From the NCBI GenBank assembly GCA_964035545.1, contig OZ037766.1, positions 12,080,722 to 12,144,721 of the forward strand: DNA of 64,000 bases, in the 5' to 3' direction. This document shows positions 25,235-38,300 of the stretch, one piece after another. The translations under genes were made by a program, and so were the position numbers. The notes under the pieces were generated by a model. The model saw nothing but the letters and a program-made list of their open reading frames with translations. It searched no databases and was not told the DNA's origin. Origin of the DNA: Bugula neritina (taxonomy: Eukaryota; Animalia; Bryozoa). Position 1 is the first letter of the stretch; every line of letters begins with the position of its first letter.

Positions 25235-26035
25235 ATGGGGAGTATTTACAGTTGCTGTGTCAGGTCACCTAGGAATAGCCCCAAGGAAGCTGCAACTTCT
25301 GTGTCCTTCACACACAAAAATGTAGTTTCTGATCCTTTGGCTACTACTAAATCGCCAAACAAAGATGCCTTTCAAGAATTTTCCATTCTGCCTGAGGCTG
25401 GTGCTATACCAGTTCACGCAGGCTCTACTTCTTTATCAGTGCCTGATTCTTCAAGTGTCATTAATTTATATAACAGATATGTAAACCCAGACATGGGGCA
25501 AATATCAGCTGAAGGTATTGAACAGTTATGCAATGACCTTAATCTCAATCCAGAAGACTTTAGAGTTTTAGTATTAGCTTATTCTCTTGGTGCTCAAGCT
25601 ATGTGCCGGTTTACGGAAGATGAGTTTGTCAATGGTTGCTTACGGCTGGGCATCACTAGTGTGGAAACAATGAAACAATCGATTCCAAACCTGCTCAAAA
25701 GTGTTCAAGGTGCTTCATTCACTCCTTTTTATCAATGGACTTATAAATTTGCCCTTGATGTTGAAAGCGGTCAGCGAACACTCCCTGCCGATCTGGCCAT
25801 TAGTCTTTGGAAGCTTGTATTTTATCAAAATTGTCCTCCTATATTAGATAGATGGCTAGACTTTCTGCAGCATAATACGTCAATAAAAGGTATATCAAAA
25901 GACACTTGGGACATGTTTCTTATTTTTGTAAATCAAATTGGAGAAGATCTTAAATCGTATAATGATGCTGAGGCATGGCCAAGCTTGCTTGATGACTTTG
26001 TAGAAAGTCAACTAGCTCTTGCTGATAACATTTAA
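25235..26035 (+). CDS. DCUN1D3: DCN1-like protein 3 (cullin neddylation co-E3)
   Basis: PONY domain (EGIEQLCNDL..ISKDTWDMFL..YNDAEAWPSLLDDFVE); MGSIYSCC lipidation-type N-terminus as in DCNL3; single coding exon. Confidence 0.9.
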   Translation: MGSIYSCCVRSPRNSPKEAATSVSFTHKNVVSDPLATTKSPNKDAFQEFSILPEAGAIPVHAGSTSLSVPDSSSVINLYNRYVNPDMGQISAEGIEQLCNDLNLNPEDFRVLVLAYSLGAQAMCRFTEDEFVNGCLRLGITSVETMKQSIPNLLKSVQGASFTPFYQWTYKFALDVESGQRTLPADLAISLWKLVFYQNCPPILDRWLDFLQHNTSIKGISKDTWDMFLIFVNQIGEDLKSYNDAEAWPSLLDDFVESQLALADNI

Positions 26036-28651
26036 AGGATATTTATTATTATTTCAACTGCTTACGGGTGCATTTTATGTTAATCACATGTAAGTACTTT
26101 GTTTTTCTTCATATAAGAGATGTTCTCTGTATTGCTTATATTCCTTAGTTCTATTCCTTGGATTATTTAATGTGAACTGGTACAGTATATAATACTAACA
26201 AAATATATAACTAGGATTTTTTTGCTATAGCATTCAATAGCATTGGCATTAAACTCAGTAAAGTATGCATTTATAATTTATAATGTTGTACAAATTTTGT
26301 AGTCTATTTTTATATAGCTGACAGGCCTGGTTGCCTAAAGTTTTTAATATTCATAAAAACAAAATAAACTTCAGTTTGGACCAAACATAATATTTATTGG
26401 ATGTTTTATAATATATTGGTAGTTGCAGTAAAACCAGAATATTAAAACATTGAGCAAAATTCATTCATAAATATTACTGCAATACATAAAATTGCATAAT
26501 TATGCCACTTAGTCAAACGTCAATGCTATGAATAATAAACTCTTCACTAAAGGTTACCAGTAGACTATATTATAAGTTGTGTTCCCTAGTCTTCAGAAAC
26601 AATAATATTATGAAGCATAGAAATTAATTTTGTGATAAATCTGTAGCACCAGTATTAAACTTTATTCAGCCTTATTGGTAACATAAACAGTAGGCTATAA
26701 TAGCTTTTTTTTATAAATGCCACATCAAATAGGAATTGTATTTGTATATTCCAGCAAAGACAATGCAGCATTCTATAGAATAACACTATTATATAATATT
26801 ATAATTTTTTTGTGTTTTTTCTATACATATGAAACTGAATTGACATAACATCACACTTCAGTGGTTAGCAAGGAGCTTAACGAGAAGTAACTTTTTTTGT
26901 AGTTGCACCCTGTATTATAGCAAAATAAAAATCTGCATGTTTGCTTATTTAAATTAGATGCTTTACTTGGCTTGTACTATTATATAATATTAGGAAGCAT
27001 AAATATATGGAAGTAAATGCTGATATTTCTAGTTGTATACATTTTTATACAACCATTAAAATTTCACAGTCCAGAACTAATTTTTTGGACTATAAAGTGT
27101 AAAATGAGTTTGAGTTGATCATGTTAATTGGCTGCAGCTTTGTTCAGGATGCACAATACATCTGTGGTTGACATAAGCTAGTAGATGCAGCAATGTATTT
27201 TAGTTCATATCTTTTTGTGCAACCAAAGTACAGTATCTAATTTTGTACCCACTTCATAAAATGAGTCATGATTTGAAATTATGAGTTTATAATAAACATG
27301 TGATTTGCTGAGTTGCTTTTCTTGCATTTTATTATATTTATTTGTTTATTTACTTACAAATAATTATCTACCTATAGGATTATTTCTTATTTTACATTTT
27401 ATATAAGGGCAATCTATTTTGTTTGACATAAATACATATTTCATTTGCTTATAATTTCATAATCCATATAACTAAACCAACTTGTATATATCTATATAGC
27501 ATATAATATAATATTATGTAGCTACCTACATCGTGGTCGACAAAATATTATGTTCATAGTTGTTTTTATAGAGTTGTCTCTTTTATTTAGAAGAGAACTG
27601 TTGAGGCTATAGAAATTGTAACCTGTGTTCTCAAGCTAACAATTTATCGCCGCTGAACAAACGGACATTGACGACCTTGGCCTACGCACTACGAAAATAT
27701 AGGTCAAAACTGCTAAGCAGCAGATAAACATTTTCAATAATATTGCTATAGTCGAAGGGTTAATGATACATTATAGTAAACCATTTCTTCAACACTACTT
27801 TCACCTCAAATCTAATTTTGTGCCGGGTACGCCAATGGCGGCGTTTATTTAGTTAAAATTATATTTAAAAGTCGCTACGATGTACATGTCACTCTCACAA
27901 TCAAGAAAATACGCTTCTTTGTTGGCAAAGTTTCAGTTTGAAATAAAATTAAAATGTTAATATTTTAATTTATATTCATATTGATATTAAATTAAAAAGT
28001 TGAAACTTAAACAATGTGAATTGTATGTAAGAATAATTCTAAAATAAATTGGTGGCCATGGTGCATGTATAACTTAGCTTACTTTGTAAATGTTACTTTA
28101 TTTGGCTAATTTTAATTACTTTTTTGCAACGATAAGATATATTTAACAGATATTCATAATGATAATGCGATCATAATCATACTCATAGTGATAGATGTAA
28201 TTGTAATTCAAATTTAGTCAAATATTCAACAAAGGTTTGCAGATTAGGCAATCTTGACTTTTTATTTGCTCAGTTTTAGAAACTTTCTTAAAAATTCAGC
28301 ACTTATATTAGTTAAGAAGGTAAAGAAAGTTCATAATTTTAACATCTACTAAGCTAGAATTCAAAAAGTTTCAGCAATTATAAATCTAGCAAATAAGTAT
28401 TCGATATTTATATAAGTAACTACCAATTGTGATGATTTTGTGGGTTGTTATTGGAACCTAGCTAGTAGAATATAAAGCTCTTTGCTATCAGAGAGAGAAG
28501 ACAGGTTACTGGTTGAATGTATCTTTATTACAACTGCAATAAAAGAGACCCAGGTGTGGTCTCACACAACTAGTCTTGATTTCCAAGGTGTAAGTGAAAT
28601 GGTTGAGCTCCAGTTGCAGACTAATTTATAACTAGCAAGCTTGTGCTTATA

Positions 28652-28840
28652 TACACAGTATTTTCGAATCGGAGGGTCTGAATTCGGATGTCCAAATGAC
28701 ATTCGGGCGTCCGAAATGTCCAAATCGGACATCTGGTTTGGAATCAGATGCCCGATTTGGACGGAATCGGACGTCTGAATTCCTCCGAGCTGGACATCCC
28801 AAATAATTTTGGGGTGTTCGATTCGCCCGAATTTGGACTC
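28652..28840. mobile_element. Palindrome-rich DNA-transposon or MITE relic
   Basis: GC-rich island with repeated TCGGAC/GTCCGA motifs and the inverted repeat GTCCAAATCGGACATCTG..CAGATGCCCGATTTGGAC. Confidence 0.5.
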
Positions 28841-29012
28841 ACAAAAAAACAAAGAAAGATTACACAAACACACTACTAACATAATAGTAACTCCTAAAAT
28901 CTGCTACACAGTTACTATCAACTGTTTACCTGAAGTCAATTTTTTTTATTGAGGATTGCATTTCTTTTTCAAGTGCTTACACAAATCAGAATATTAATGA
29001 AAGACGTTGAAT

Positions 29013-29237
29013 ATGGAAAATGAAAAAGATACTAACCTTGAAAAGGAAGCTATTCATGTAGCATCATCTAAACAGGTGAATTGTATTTTTGTAATTTATT
29101 TCATTTACAAATTTTTGTATAATTAAACAATCAAAAAATGTCCTACCTGCAAAATCCAAGAAAAATTTCATAACTATTTTAATGAATTATTGTTTCTATT
29201 TTATAGTTATTCAAAGTGAAATATATTTGTATTAAAG

Positions 29238-29314
<77 letters not shown>

Positions 29315-32300
29315 GTTTCGAACCAAAAAAACGATGGCTTAGAAACACGAACATTTCACAGCTTTAGAAATGAAGATCCACATTCATACAATGCTGATGT
29401 GTATTCTGATGAGGAAATTTCTATTGGTTAGTTTGTGTTTAATACATACATATTTAGTCTTTTAGTATTAAAATGTTTACTGAGATGAGGCTGTAAATTT
29501 AGTAGCTCAACTGTAATTAAGTATTTTAATTGTTTAGCAGTAGTAATGATTTTCAACATATATTTAGGAGAGTTTGATAAAAATTTGATAAAGGAAGGTT
29601 TTAAGCAAATACATCAGGGCAAAACTAAACATTATTATGCAAAGTATTTATATTTAGGCAACATAGCGCCTATAGTTATCAGATTTAAAAATCGACTGAG
29701 GAGTTTGACATGAAATTCAGAAACAAGTATGCAGTTTAATTTTACATAAATTTACAATTTATACAACATCTTCAAATATTTTTGTTTTGCAAATAGAAAA
29801 AGCATTTTCTAGAGAAAAAATTTTCTGTAAGTGAGTTAAACTCTTATTTGATGGTGATTGCTAATTAAAAAGAGAATAGCAATCTCTTTTGCTGAATTAC
29901 TGTTACTATGCATTGTTTATTTGAAGCAAAACATAAATTAGCATTCGTGTAAAATAAGTTAGAAATGGTTTTTGTCTTAAACCGCCATGTTGTAGATAAC
30001 ATAATTTTAATTGTTTTTAAAACTAGTTGTATTAGTTTGCTGCAGCTTTTATAAAATCAAATCAAATATGGTTAGCAAAGGTATTCGGTATAACATCAAA
30101 TAGGTAAGTAATGTTTTGGATAAAGTGTAAGTTTGTTAACAACATTTGTTATTTATTTAGATGCAATGGAAAAGCAAGAACATCTGCCTGATCTATACAC
30201 ATACCTTCAAAGTCTGCAAGAGGGTACCACAGATCTTGAAAATAATCGGTAAAAAGCTTAATATAGTAAATTGTTAAATATGGAAATTTTGAGGACTTCC
30301 GTTTGAATAAATAGAATGATAGCAATAAATTGAGGCTAATTGATATTTTTATTTTATTTCAAAAACTTAACATATTTATTCAATTGTAAGTTTTAAACTT
30401 GTAAAGAACTGTTATATCTACTATTTTAGGGATCCACCATCCTTGTTTAACCGTCCTGAGCATGTTGACAGTTACAAAAACATGTCCACTTTAAAATACA
30501 AAGTGAACACAACTTCTATGCCTCAGTATGTCGATGAGTTTGAAATAGGAGCTAAAGATGATGTTCTGATGATTGCTAATATTTCACTGGAGGAGATTCA
30601 GGTACACCAGTTTAAGTTGTGCTGACAATACAATCACTCCATGCAAACAAAATAATATAATACTTTCTTTTGAATATGTATGTTTATCCAAAATTATTTT
30701 TTATCTATTAAAGCAATTTAAGTATTTTTTCAAGTAAATTTGAGTGAAGTAGGTAAAATGGAGTTAGATATAAATTAAAAAGAGCACTTCTTTAAAAAGG
30801 TATTGAACAACTCTTTTAATATTAGGCTAATTAGTTTTGTTCAGCTGGTGGTTTTTTAGTTAGTTTAAGGCTATTGTCAGCTGAATATGCAAACATAGTA
30901 GTTAAAATTAAAAGAGCACGTACCCACAAATATATTTCTGTTCTCTTAAGTTGATTGATCAGTTTAATATCCTATTTGTATTAGATGAACTTATTGGAAT
31001 ATTATGTATATATTATTAATAATTTCTTTAGAATTTTATGTTTGTTTATTTACAGGAAGAGGAGAAGAGAATGCGAGATGAATACATTGCCTTTCAACAA
31101 CAAGAGCTTGAGAAACAACTGCAGAAGAAGAGAGAGTTGGCCCAATTAGAAAATACAACAAAGAAACGACTAGCTCAAGAAAATAAAGGTTTGTTTCACA
31201 ATTGATAAATTTAAACATTGATTACTTTTCTAGTTCAGAGGTGTCCAACCTTTTCAGACCGAGGGTTACTGAAAGGGAATATTCTGGTGGCGAGGGCCAC
31301 ATTGTAAACTTCAGTTTGAGCTAGAGGCCAAAGCATCAGCATTTTTCCAACTACTTTATTCTTAAACTTTATGAATCATTACACAATTAAGTCCCAATAG
31401 TTGCTGCAGGCTGCATGTTTTGTAGCATGTGTTATATAAACAAGGCATTTAAAAGATGGTTTTTCACTTTAATTGATGTATACTTGTGACAAACAATTTT
31501 AGCTTTATGCCTTCGAAGGCCACATAAATGTAGGCTAGGGGCCAAATCCGGCCCTTGGGCTGCCTGTTGGACAGACCTGTTCTAGTTTAACATGCTACAT
31601 TTGTATTATTATCAAAAAGAACTGGTGATAGTTTTGTTTGCTTACTTTTTTAAAATGCTTCACTAGTAAAACTGCATTGCAGAAAAAAGAAGACAGCTAG
31701 CTCAAATGGTTGCAGTTTCTAAGCAAAAGGAAGAATTTCAAAAAGGGCTCTTATTGAGGTCATTTGAAAATTCTGAAAATCAACTTCGATATGCTCTGAA
31801 AAAGCGCAAGTCAGAAGTCAAGGTACAAAGTATATATATTAGTGAGAAGAAAGATATCATCAATGATGCTAATAAAACTAATTTAACCAGTGGGTGTGGC
31901 CAAAATTCTTTCTGCAATAAATGTATTTCAGTGTAAGAATGTTCGGCCACTTCAAACTCTTTAACGTAACATATGTCAACACATAAACAAGGTTATCAAT
32001 AAATATTTGGCTATATTACATGATTGATAAATTACAAAACTTTGGTCCAACACTTTACAGTACCACACATAAGCCAAGCTGCCCTTAACCTTTATACGAT
32101 TATTTTCATTTCTTTCTAGCTAAAAGTCACAAAATAATATGGTATAATATACTCGTATAATATATTGCTCTCTGTAGTAGTGCAAACTAGAATACAGCTG
32201 CTTATATAGCAAGCTTCAATACAAATTTACGGAATTCTCCCAAACTTAGATAAATTAAATTATAAATTACAATTTATCACTATAATAAAGAAATATTTGT

Positions 32301-35300
32301 TGGGGAAGGGCAGTTTTACCCTTAGTTAAAAGGTGAATTGGTCACCCTGGCCCTTTAAGAAGACTTTGGCTGCACTGAATATCTTTATTTTTGTCACGAA
32401 CTGCTGTGAAATGGTAGCTCAAAATAAACTAAATCTTAGCCAATTGTACTAGCCTACACTACATTTTTGCCAATAATTGTTATAGACTGGGTCTTATGGT
32501 CAATTTATTAATGAATTGAAGTCAAGTTTTAGGATGCCTCGAAATAAAAGTTGTTAAATATGTGTAACTGTTTTGTATCTTCTAGAAAATGTATGGAAAC
32601 TTGGCATCTGCAGATGGGGAATATGGTGGCTCAAAGGGGAAAAGATGGAAACTAGACTGGGACAAAGCTCCTCAGCCCATAGAGATTAAGCTGAAGACTC
32701 TACGAGGAGTTCGAGATAAACTTCCAGGTAGTTTGATTAGCTATTAACCAATTATTATGACCAGTCACTTAGATTTGAAGGCTTATTTTGCTGTGTATTT
32801 TCTACAGTTTAATGTAATATAATGTTGATTTTAGCTGGAAGATATGTGATGAGAGTATCACTGTTTAACAGACTAGGTGGGCACGTTATGCATTGGTCTC
32901 AGTTACCTGAACAGAGGTGGGGTGGTGAAACACTTCCCATCATTCACGAGGGAAGGTTTTACAACAGTGAGATGAAGGTATTGTTTATTAGCAAACCATC
33001 AATTAGAAAAATGTTATGTTTTTATGCAGTGCATCACATCACAATAAACAATGTTAAATGTAAGCAGAGTGTCAGAAAACCGCTTTTTGATAAGTTTTAC
33101 AACAATGTTTATTTGTGTGATTTAATGCATAGCTTTTAAAGTGCATAGGCTTAACATTAAAGATATCTCAGGCGCATTTGGTTGATTAGTCTTCATTACT
33201 GAAGACCAACTTTGTAGCAGAATTATTCTATCATCCATATATAAATCAAACAGTTTTCTTTCTCTCCAAATTGCACACTAAAATATTGCCTAGCAAAATT
33301 CTTTACTCTCTTCATCAATTAACAGAAAGAACGAAAATATATGTTAAAGACTTTGACATACTTGCAAATGTTATATGAATAAGCTTGAAAAGCTCAACCT
33401 TTTTATAGAAGTATTAGTTAACATGTGTAATAAAATTATATGTAAAGTTCAATGAAATATCTTTATTTAGAAAATATAACTGATCACTGCAAACACATCT
33501 TCAAGACTGACAATATATACAATTAGTGTGTCTATTACATTGACCACACTGGTTGCTTGCAAAACCACAAAGATAAAGGCTATTTAGGACATAAAACAAA
33601 ACAGCACAATTACAGTATTTACAAAACAGCTTACATAACTGCATGATACAATGTCATGCACATTACAACATGTTCTAAAACTTTCAACTGAGTGATATAC
33701 CTGCAGGCAGCAGTAGCAGCCATAGTATCCAGGTAGGATTTATGACATAAAAAGTACCACTAATATTTATTTTAAAAGCTTATTCTCATGACTGAAAATG
33801 GTGATAACTATGAGTGGCCCTACAGCCCTACCCTCTAAAGTCTAAAAGGTGATAATTTATTTTACCACTTCAACAGTTAATAGTAAAACTGAGGTACAAT
33901 TTAGTTGGAAAATATCAATACATTTTTTTAACTAACTGTAGCACCTGTTACTGAAAACAACAAAGCAATTAAATTGTCTACACAAATTCAGTGTACAATA
34001 TTTGTAGCTTGCAATTAACCCTTTCAATCTCTAAAGTATTGAAACAGCTGGTGTTGTTTATAATTTTAATTATATATCACTATATATTAGTGTACTAATA
34101 TATATAATAATAACAACGTTATAAGTATTGAGTTTGTTGCATTTGGGCAAAAGTCTCACATGCAAGCTCCATTCACTATAATAATAATAATGGCAGGTTT
34201 AGAAACTAGGCTATGTTTCTCAACTCAGTTTAATATGATGTCTGTCTGTTGTTTACCTCAAGTAAAAATAGTTTAATATCATGTGGGTTGCTTATAAGAG
34301 TTTATTTGTACAAATTGAAAAATTTGTTTGTGAAATCTTTAGCTGCGCTGAATTTGTTAAAAAAGACATATGATGTATAATTTTGCGATGTTGACATACT
34401 TAAGCTACTCTTTTTTTGTCATTCACATAATTACATTCTATGAACAACAATTGCTGTTATTTTCAGATTGGTAGCAGCCTCTATACTGTGCTCCCATCTA
34501 AACCTTCCATGAGACCTGGAATGATCATAACCTTTGAACTGTTTCTCTTGAAAGGACATATTTTAAAAAGTGACCGAGTAGTAGCTTGGGGCTGTTTCCC
34601 TGTTTGTGATGGATCCTTTGAAGTTATTGAAGGAAAGTAAGATATATGTGCGTGCTAGTGTGTGTGGTGTGTGCGAGTGCGTATACACACTGTGATAGAA
34701 TAAATAAAGCAATTCCTTTAAGTTTATGTATCTTAAGGTATGTTTTTTATGTTTTCATCAAATGTAATATAAATTGATTCTAATATGCTGTCTATGTGGA
34801 AGCATTTTTCCCGAACTTAGCTATTTATGTAGTTCTAAATTATTTACCATGCAATCACAATTACCTTAGTGAAGTAATGGAGATTTTATAATTTAGATGG
34901 TTATATTTAACAGTTACATTAAAATGCATCGTCGATTGAGCTTTGTATTTTATTCTATGTTTGTATTTGCTCTGCATATGAAACCTCTATTAAATTGTTG
35001 GTGTGATGTTAAAACTTGATTGTTTTATTTTCCAACTTTTTGTTAACTTTATCTCAACTTTATATAATAGAGATTACTGCGTATTGCGTTTCAGGTATAA
35101 AACTCCGCTAATCAGAGGTGAGATGGACTTCCGAATAGATAAACACAGCCAAATAGAGCAAGTGATTGCATCAGATCTGGACCACTGGCTGTGCAATGCC
35201 TACTTTGAAATAGTCCGACTTCCAAGGTGGGCTGATCAATATAAACAATATTGGTGTAGAATTTTTTGTAGTAAAATGATGAGAAAAATAGCCTTTAACA

Positions 35301-38300
35301 TCAAAAAGTGTCTCAAAAAACAGCTTGCTCACAAAATTTTCACAAAGTTTCCTAAAGCTACCATTTACTAGATTTATTGTTCATAAAGTTGGATATTGCT
35401 TATACAATTTAGCAATATACGCAGTTTATGAATTACAAGTTCATTTATATAATGCTATAGTCAGGGTGGTAACTATTTGTTCATTTCTTTGATTATTTTA
35501 CGTTGTAGGTATGTTTCTGGACAAATGGAGTATGAAGTGGAGCTACAATTTACATCTTCTTTGGTCAACCACCCAGACAGAATCAATCTCAATGGTGAAG
35601 AGTACAAAGACTCTGAATATCCTGTGCTGGGATCCGTGGCCAGTAGTCAGTCTGACAAGATGTCTTCCAGGTGACTCCTCATTATAGTATTAATTACACT
35701 AAACTTGTTCGACCTTTTCATTTGGCCTAGTCTTAGAGGTTTTTGGTATGTTAATTTTGAGTGCTTCTATATATTTATAAGATACTCATTTCTTTAGTTG
35801 GAGTTACTCTATTGTCTTGTTCAATCAGACTAACTCTATGGCTAATTATGGATAACTAAAGTCTGTATAGAGTTATGTTCTCTTAACAAATACTCTAAAC
35901 AGCAAATGAAATTTTCCCATGTTTACTTAATATCCCAATTATTTTGTACAGTATAAAAATTTTAAAATTGAGAATAGAGTAGTAAAACTAGCTATATTTT
36001 TAAAAGTGATTTTAGCAGTACAAAATACTCTAAGTATAATTTTTAAACCACAAATAATTTTTTTTTACAAAATTATTAATAGTATTTGATAACAAAACTC
36101 ACGTTAGGGACATTTCTGTGCTGGTTTTTGTTTTATTAGTGACACCTTACTGTCATTACTGAATAATTGTATTCAAGTTAATATATTTGTATATGTATGG
36201 CTCGCAAACTTTAAAAAAAAACAAAAATTTCAAGATAGCTGAATTTACACTGTAGTCAAAAGCATGCTGCTATATTTGTAGAAACGATTAAAGTTTCATG
36301 AAATAATTATGACAAAATTACAATATAGGTACTTTTACTGCGTTACAAAGATTCTATATTTTTTCTCTCAAATGATAAAAAGCTGTATCTAATATAAAGT
36401 ATGTGTGTTTCATTGAATGGATGTAGTACAAGTGATGTCACTTCTATTGAACACGATGCTACTATGGAAGCATTCTCAACTGAATCTCTAAACCACGAAG
36501 ACGACGACACTGATGAGTCTCTTCGTTCCTACAAACTCTCAATGCTGACTTCTAACAGAAAGGTAATAAAATATGTTCTTTTGTTAACAGCATTGTTTAT
36601 GTGTTGTGTAATTCAAATAATTTCTTTTATATTGTTTAGATGCTAAGGTTTTGTTACAGTGTTTTAGTTATTGGGCTTGCTTACAATATTTAAATTGTTT
36701 GGGAATTACTGAATTTGATATCTGCTAGAGATTGTTGACATGTTACAGTGAATACCTAAAATTTCACTGGCAATTTTCTATTCAGTTTACATTGAACAGT
36801 CAATCATCTTTTTATCAATGCTCTTGTTAGGTACAATAATGTAGATTTTTGTTTATCTTGGGTTAATGCTTTCCTTTTGGCATTAAGGTTTAGAATGTTG
36901 TTACTTCATTCTATCGCCAGACAACTTTTTCTGCTACAGAGTTCACTGAAGCTAGTGCTATTTTGCAAACCGCACTTACTTACAAAATGAGTACAATGTG
37001 CAATGAGGCAGCAGCGTGTTCAAAAAAGTCTATACATGCTTATTAAAACGTTACTTGTTCATTCAACACTGAGAATGTTACTAATCAATAGGCTTTATTA
37101 GCTCAAAAATCTGATCTTATTTTAAAGCATATTTATGATATATTTACCTTTTAGTCTTTATTACAATGCTTACTCTCAGTAAAATTGATATAATATTTGA
37201 TGAGCTGTGCATTTTTTGACTTAATTACCTTCCTTTTTGTGTTAAATTAGAAGACAAGATATAAAATGCTTTTTGTTTATATTTTAATTATTTTATGTGC
37301 TGTTAGTAGTGTTTAGTGTGAATGATGAAATTCTATTAAAGGTCAAGAGCAAGTTTTATGCAAGCTGCACCAATTAAAAATTTAGAAAAGAAATTTTAGC
37401 TAGATGGCACATTTTCATTAAGTTTAGGGGGAATTACTCTAGAAGTACAAATAATGCTGTTAATGATTTACAAAGGACATCTTTTGCAGCTAACTAAATT
37501 CATTTATGCACCATTAATAATGTTTTTCAATAAAATTGCTACTGCTTATATTCCATTTACTGTAAATGCTTCAAATGATATTTCAAGTTTGTTATAAAAA
37601 AGTATGAAGCTAAAATTTACTAAATTATTTTGACTAATTTACTACTTACTTGCCTGGCTAGTGATTGTTTTCAAAGCATTCTTGTTTATATATCGAAGTG
37701 TTGACTTTTAAATTATCCTTTTATAGTCCTTAAAAGCAAAAACAAGCCAAGGACTCCGTAACAGGAAATCAGACAAAGCTACAAGGTTAGATGATAGCAC
37801 CGAGAGCGAGGCAAGTGTGGGTGATGAAGATGTGTTCAAATTAAAGAAAGATACTGACGAATTTCTACCTGTTGAGGGTGATCCTGGACTGTATTACAAG
37901 GTATAGTTTGCATTTCTCACATGTACAATGTTGACTGCGGATTATTAACACAACATTCTTGTTAGTTAGGACAACAAACATTTAGTTATGTGTATAAAAA
38001 TATGTACTGATATGTTGCAGTTTTCTAAAAAAAAATTGGCTTTAATTGCTATTTAACAGAGCAATATGACAATATGCTCTAATTTCAAACAAGGTGGCCT
38101 CAATCTTGTAGCGTCTATTATATAGACTTTGACTAAAATTAGAAATCAAAAACATGTATGGGAGTAGGTTTAACAAAAAAACAATTATTGCATATTTTTC
38201 TGAACAAATTATGAAAATTAATTTATGTCCTTGTTCATATATTATTCTCTACTGAAATATACTTTTTTATAGTGAACATTAGTTGAATATTATTTAAATT

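Noticed and set aside
28562-28882. 106-aa minus-strand ORF
   Set aside because: Crosses a palindromic repeat relic and has no coding features.
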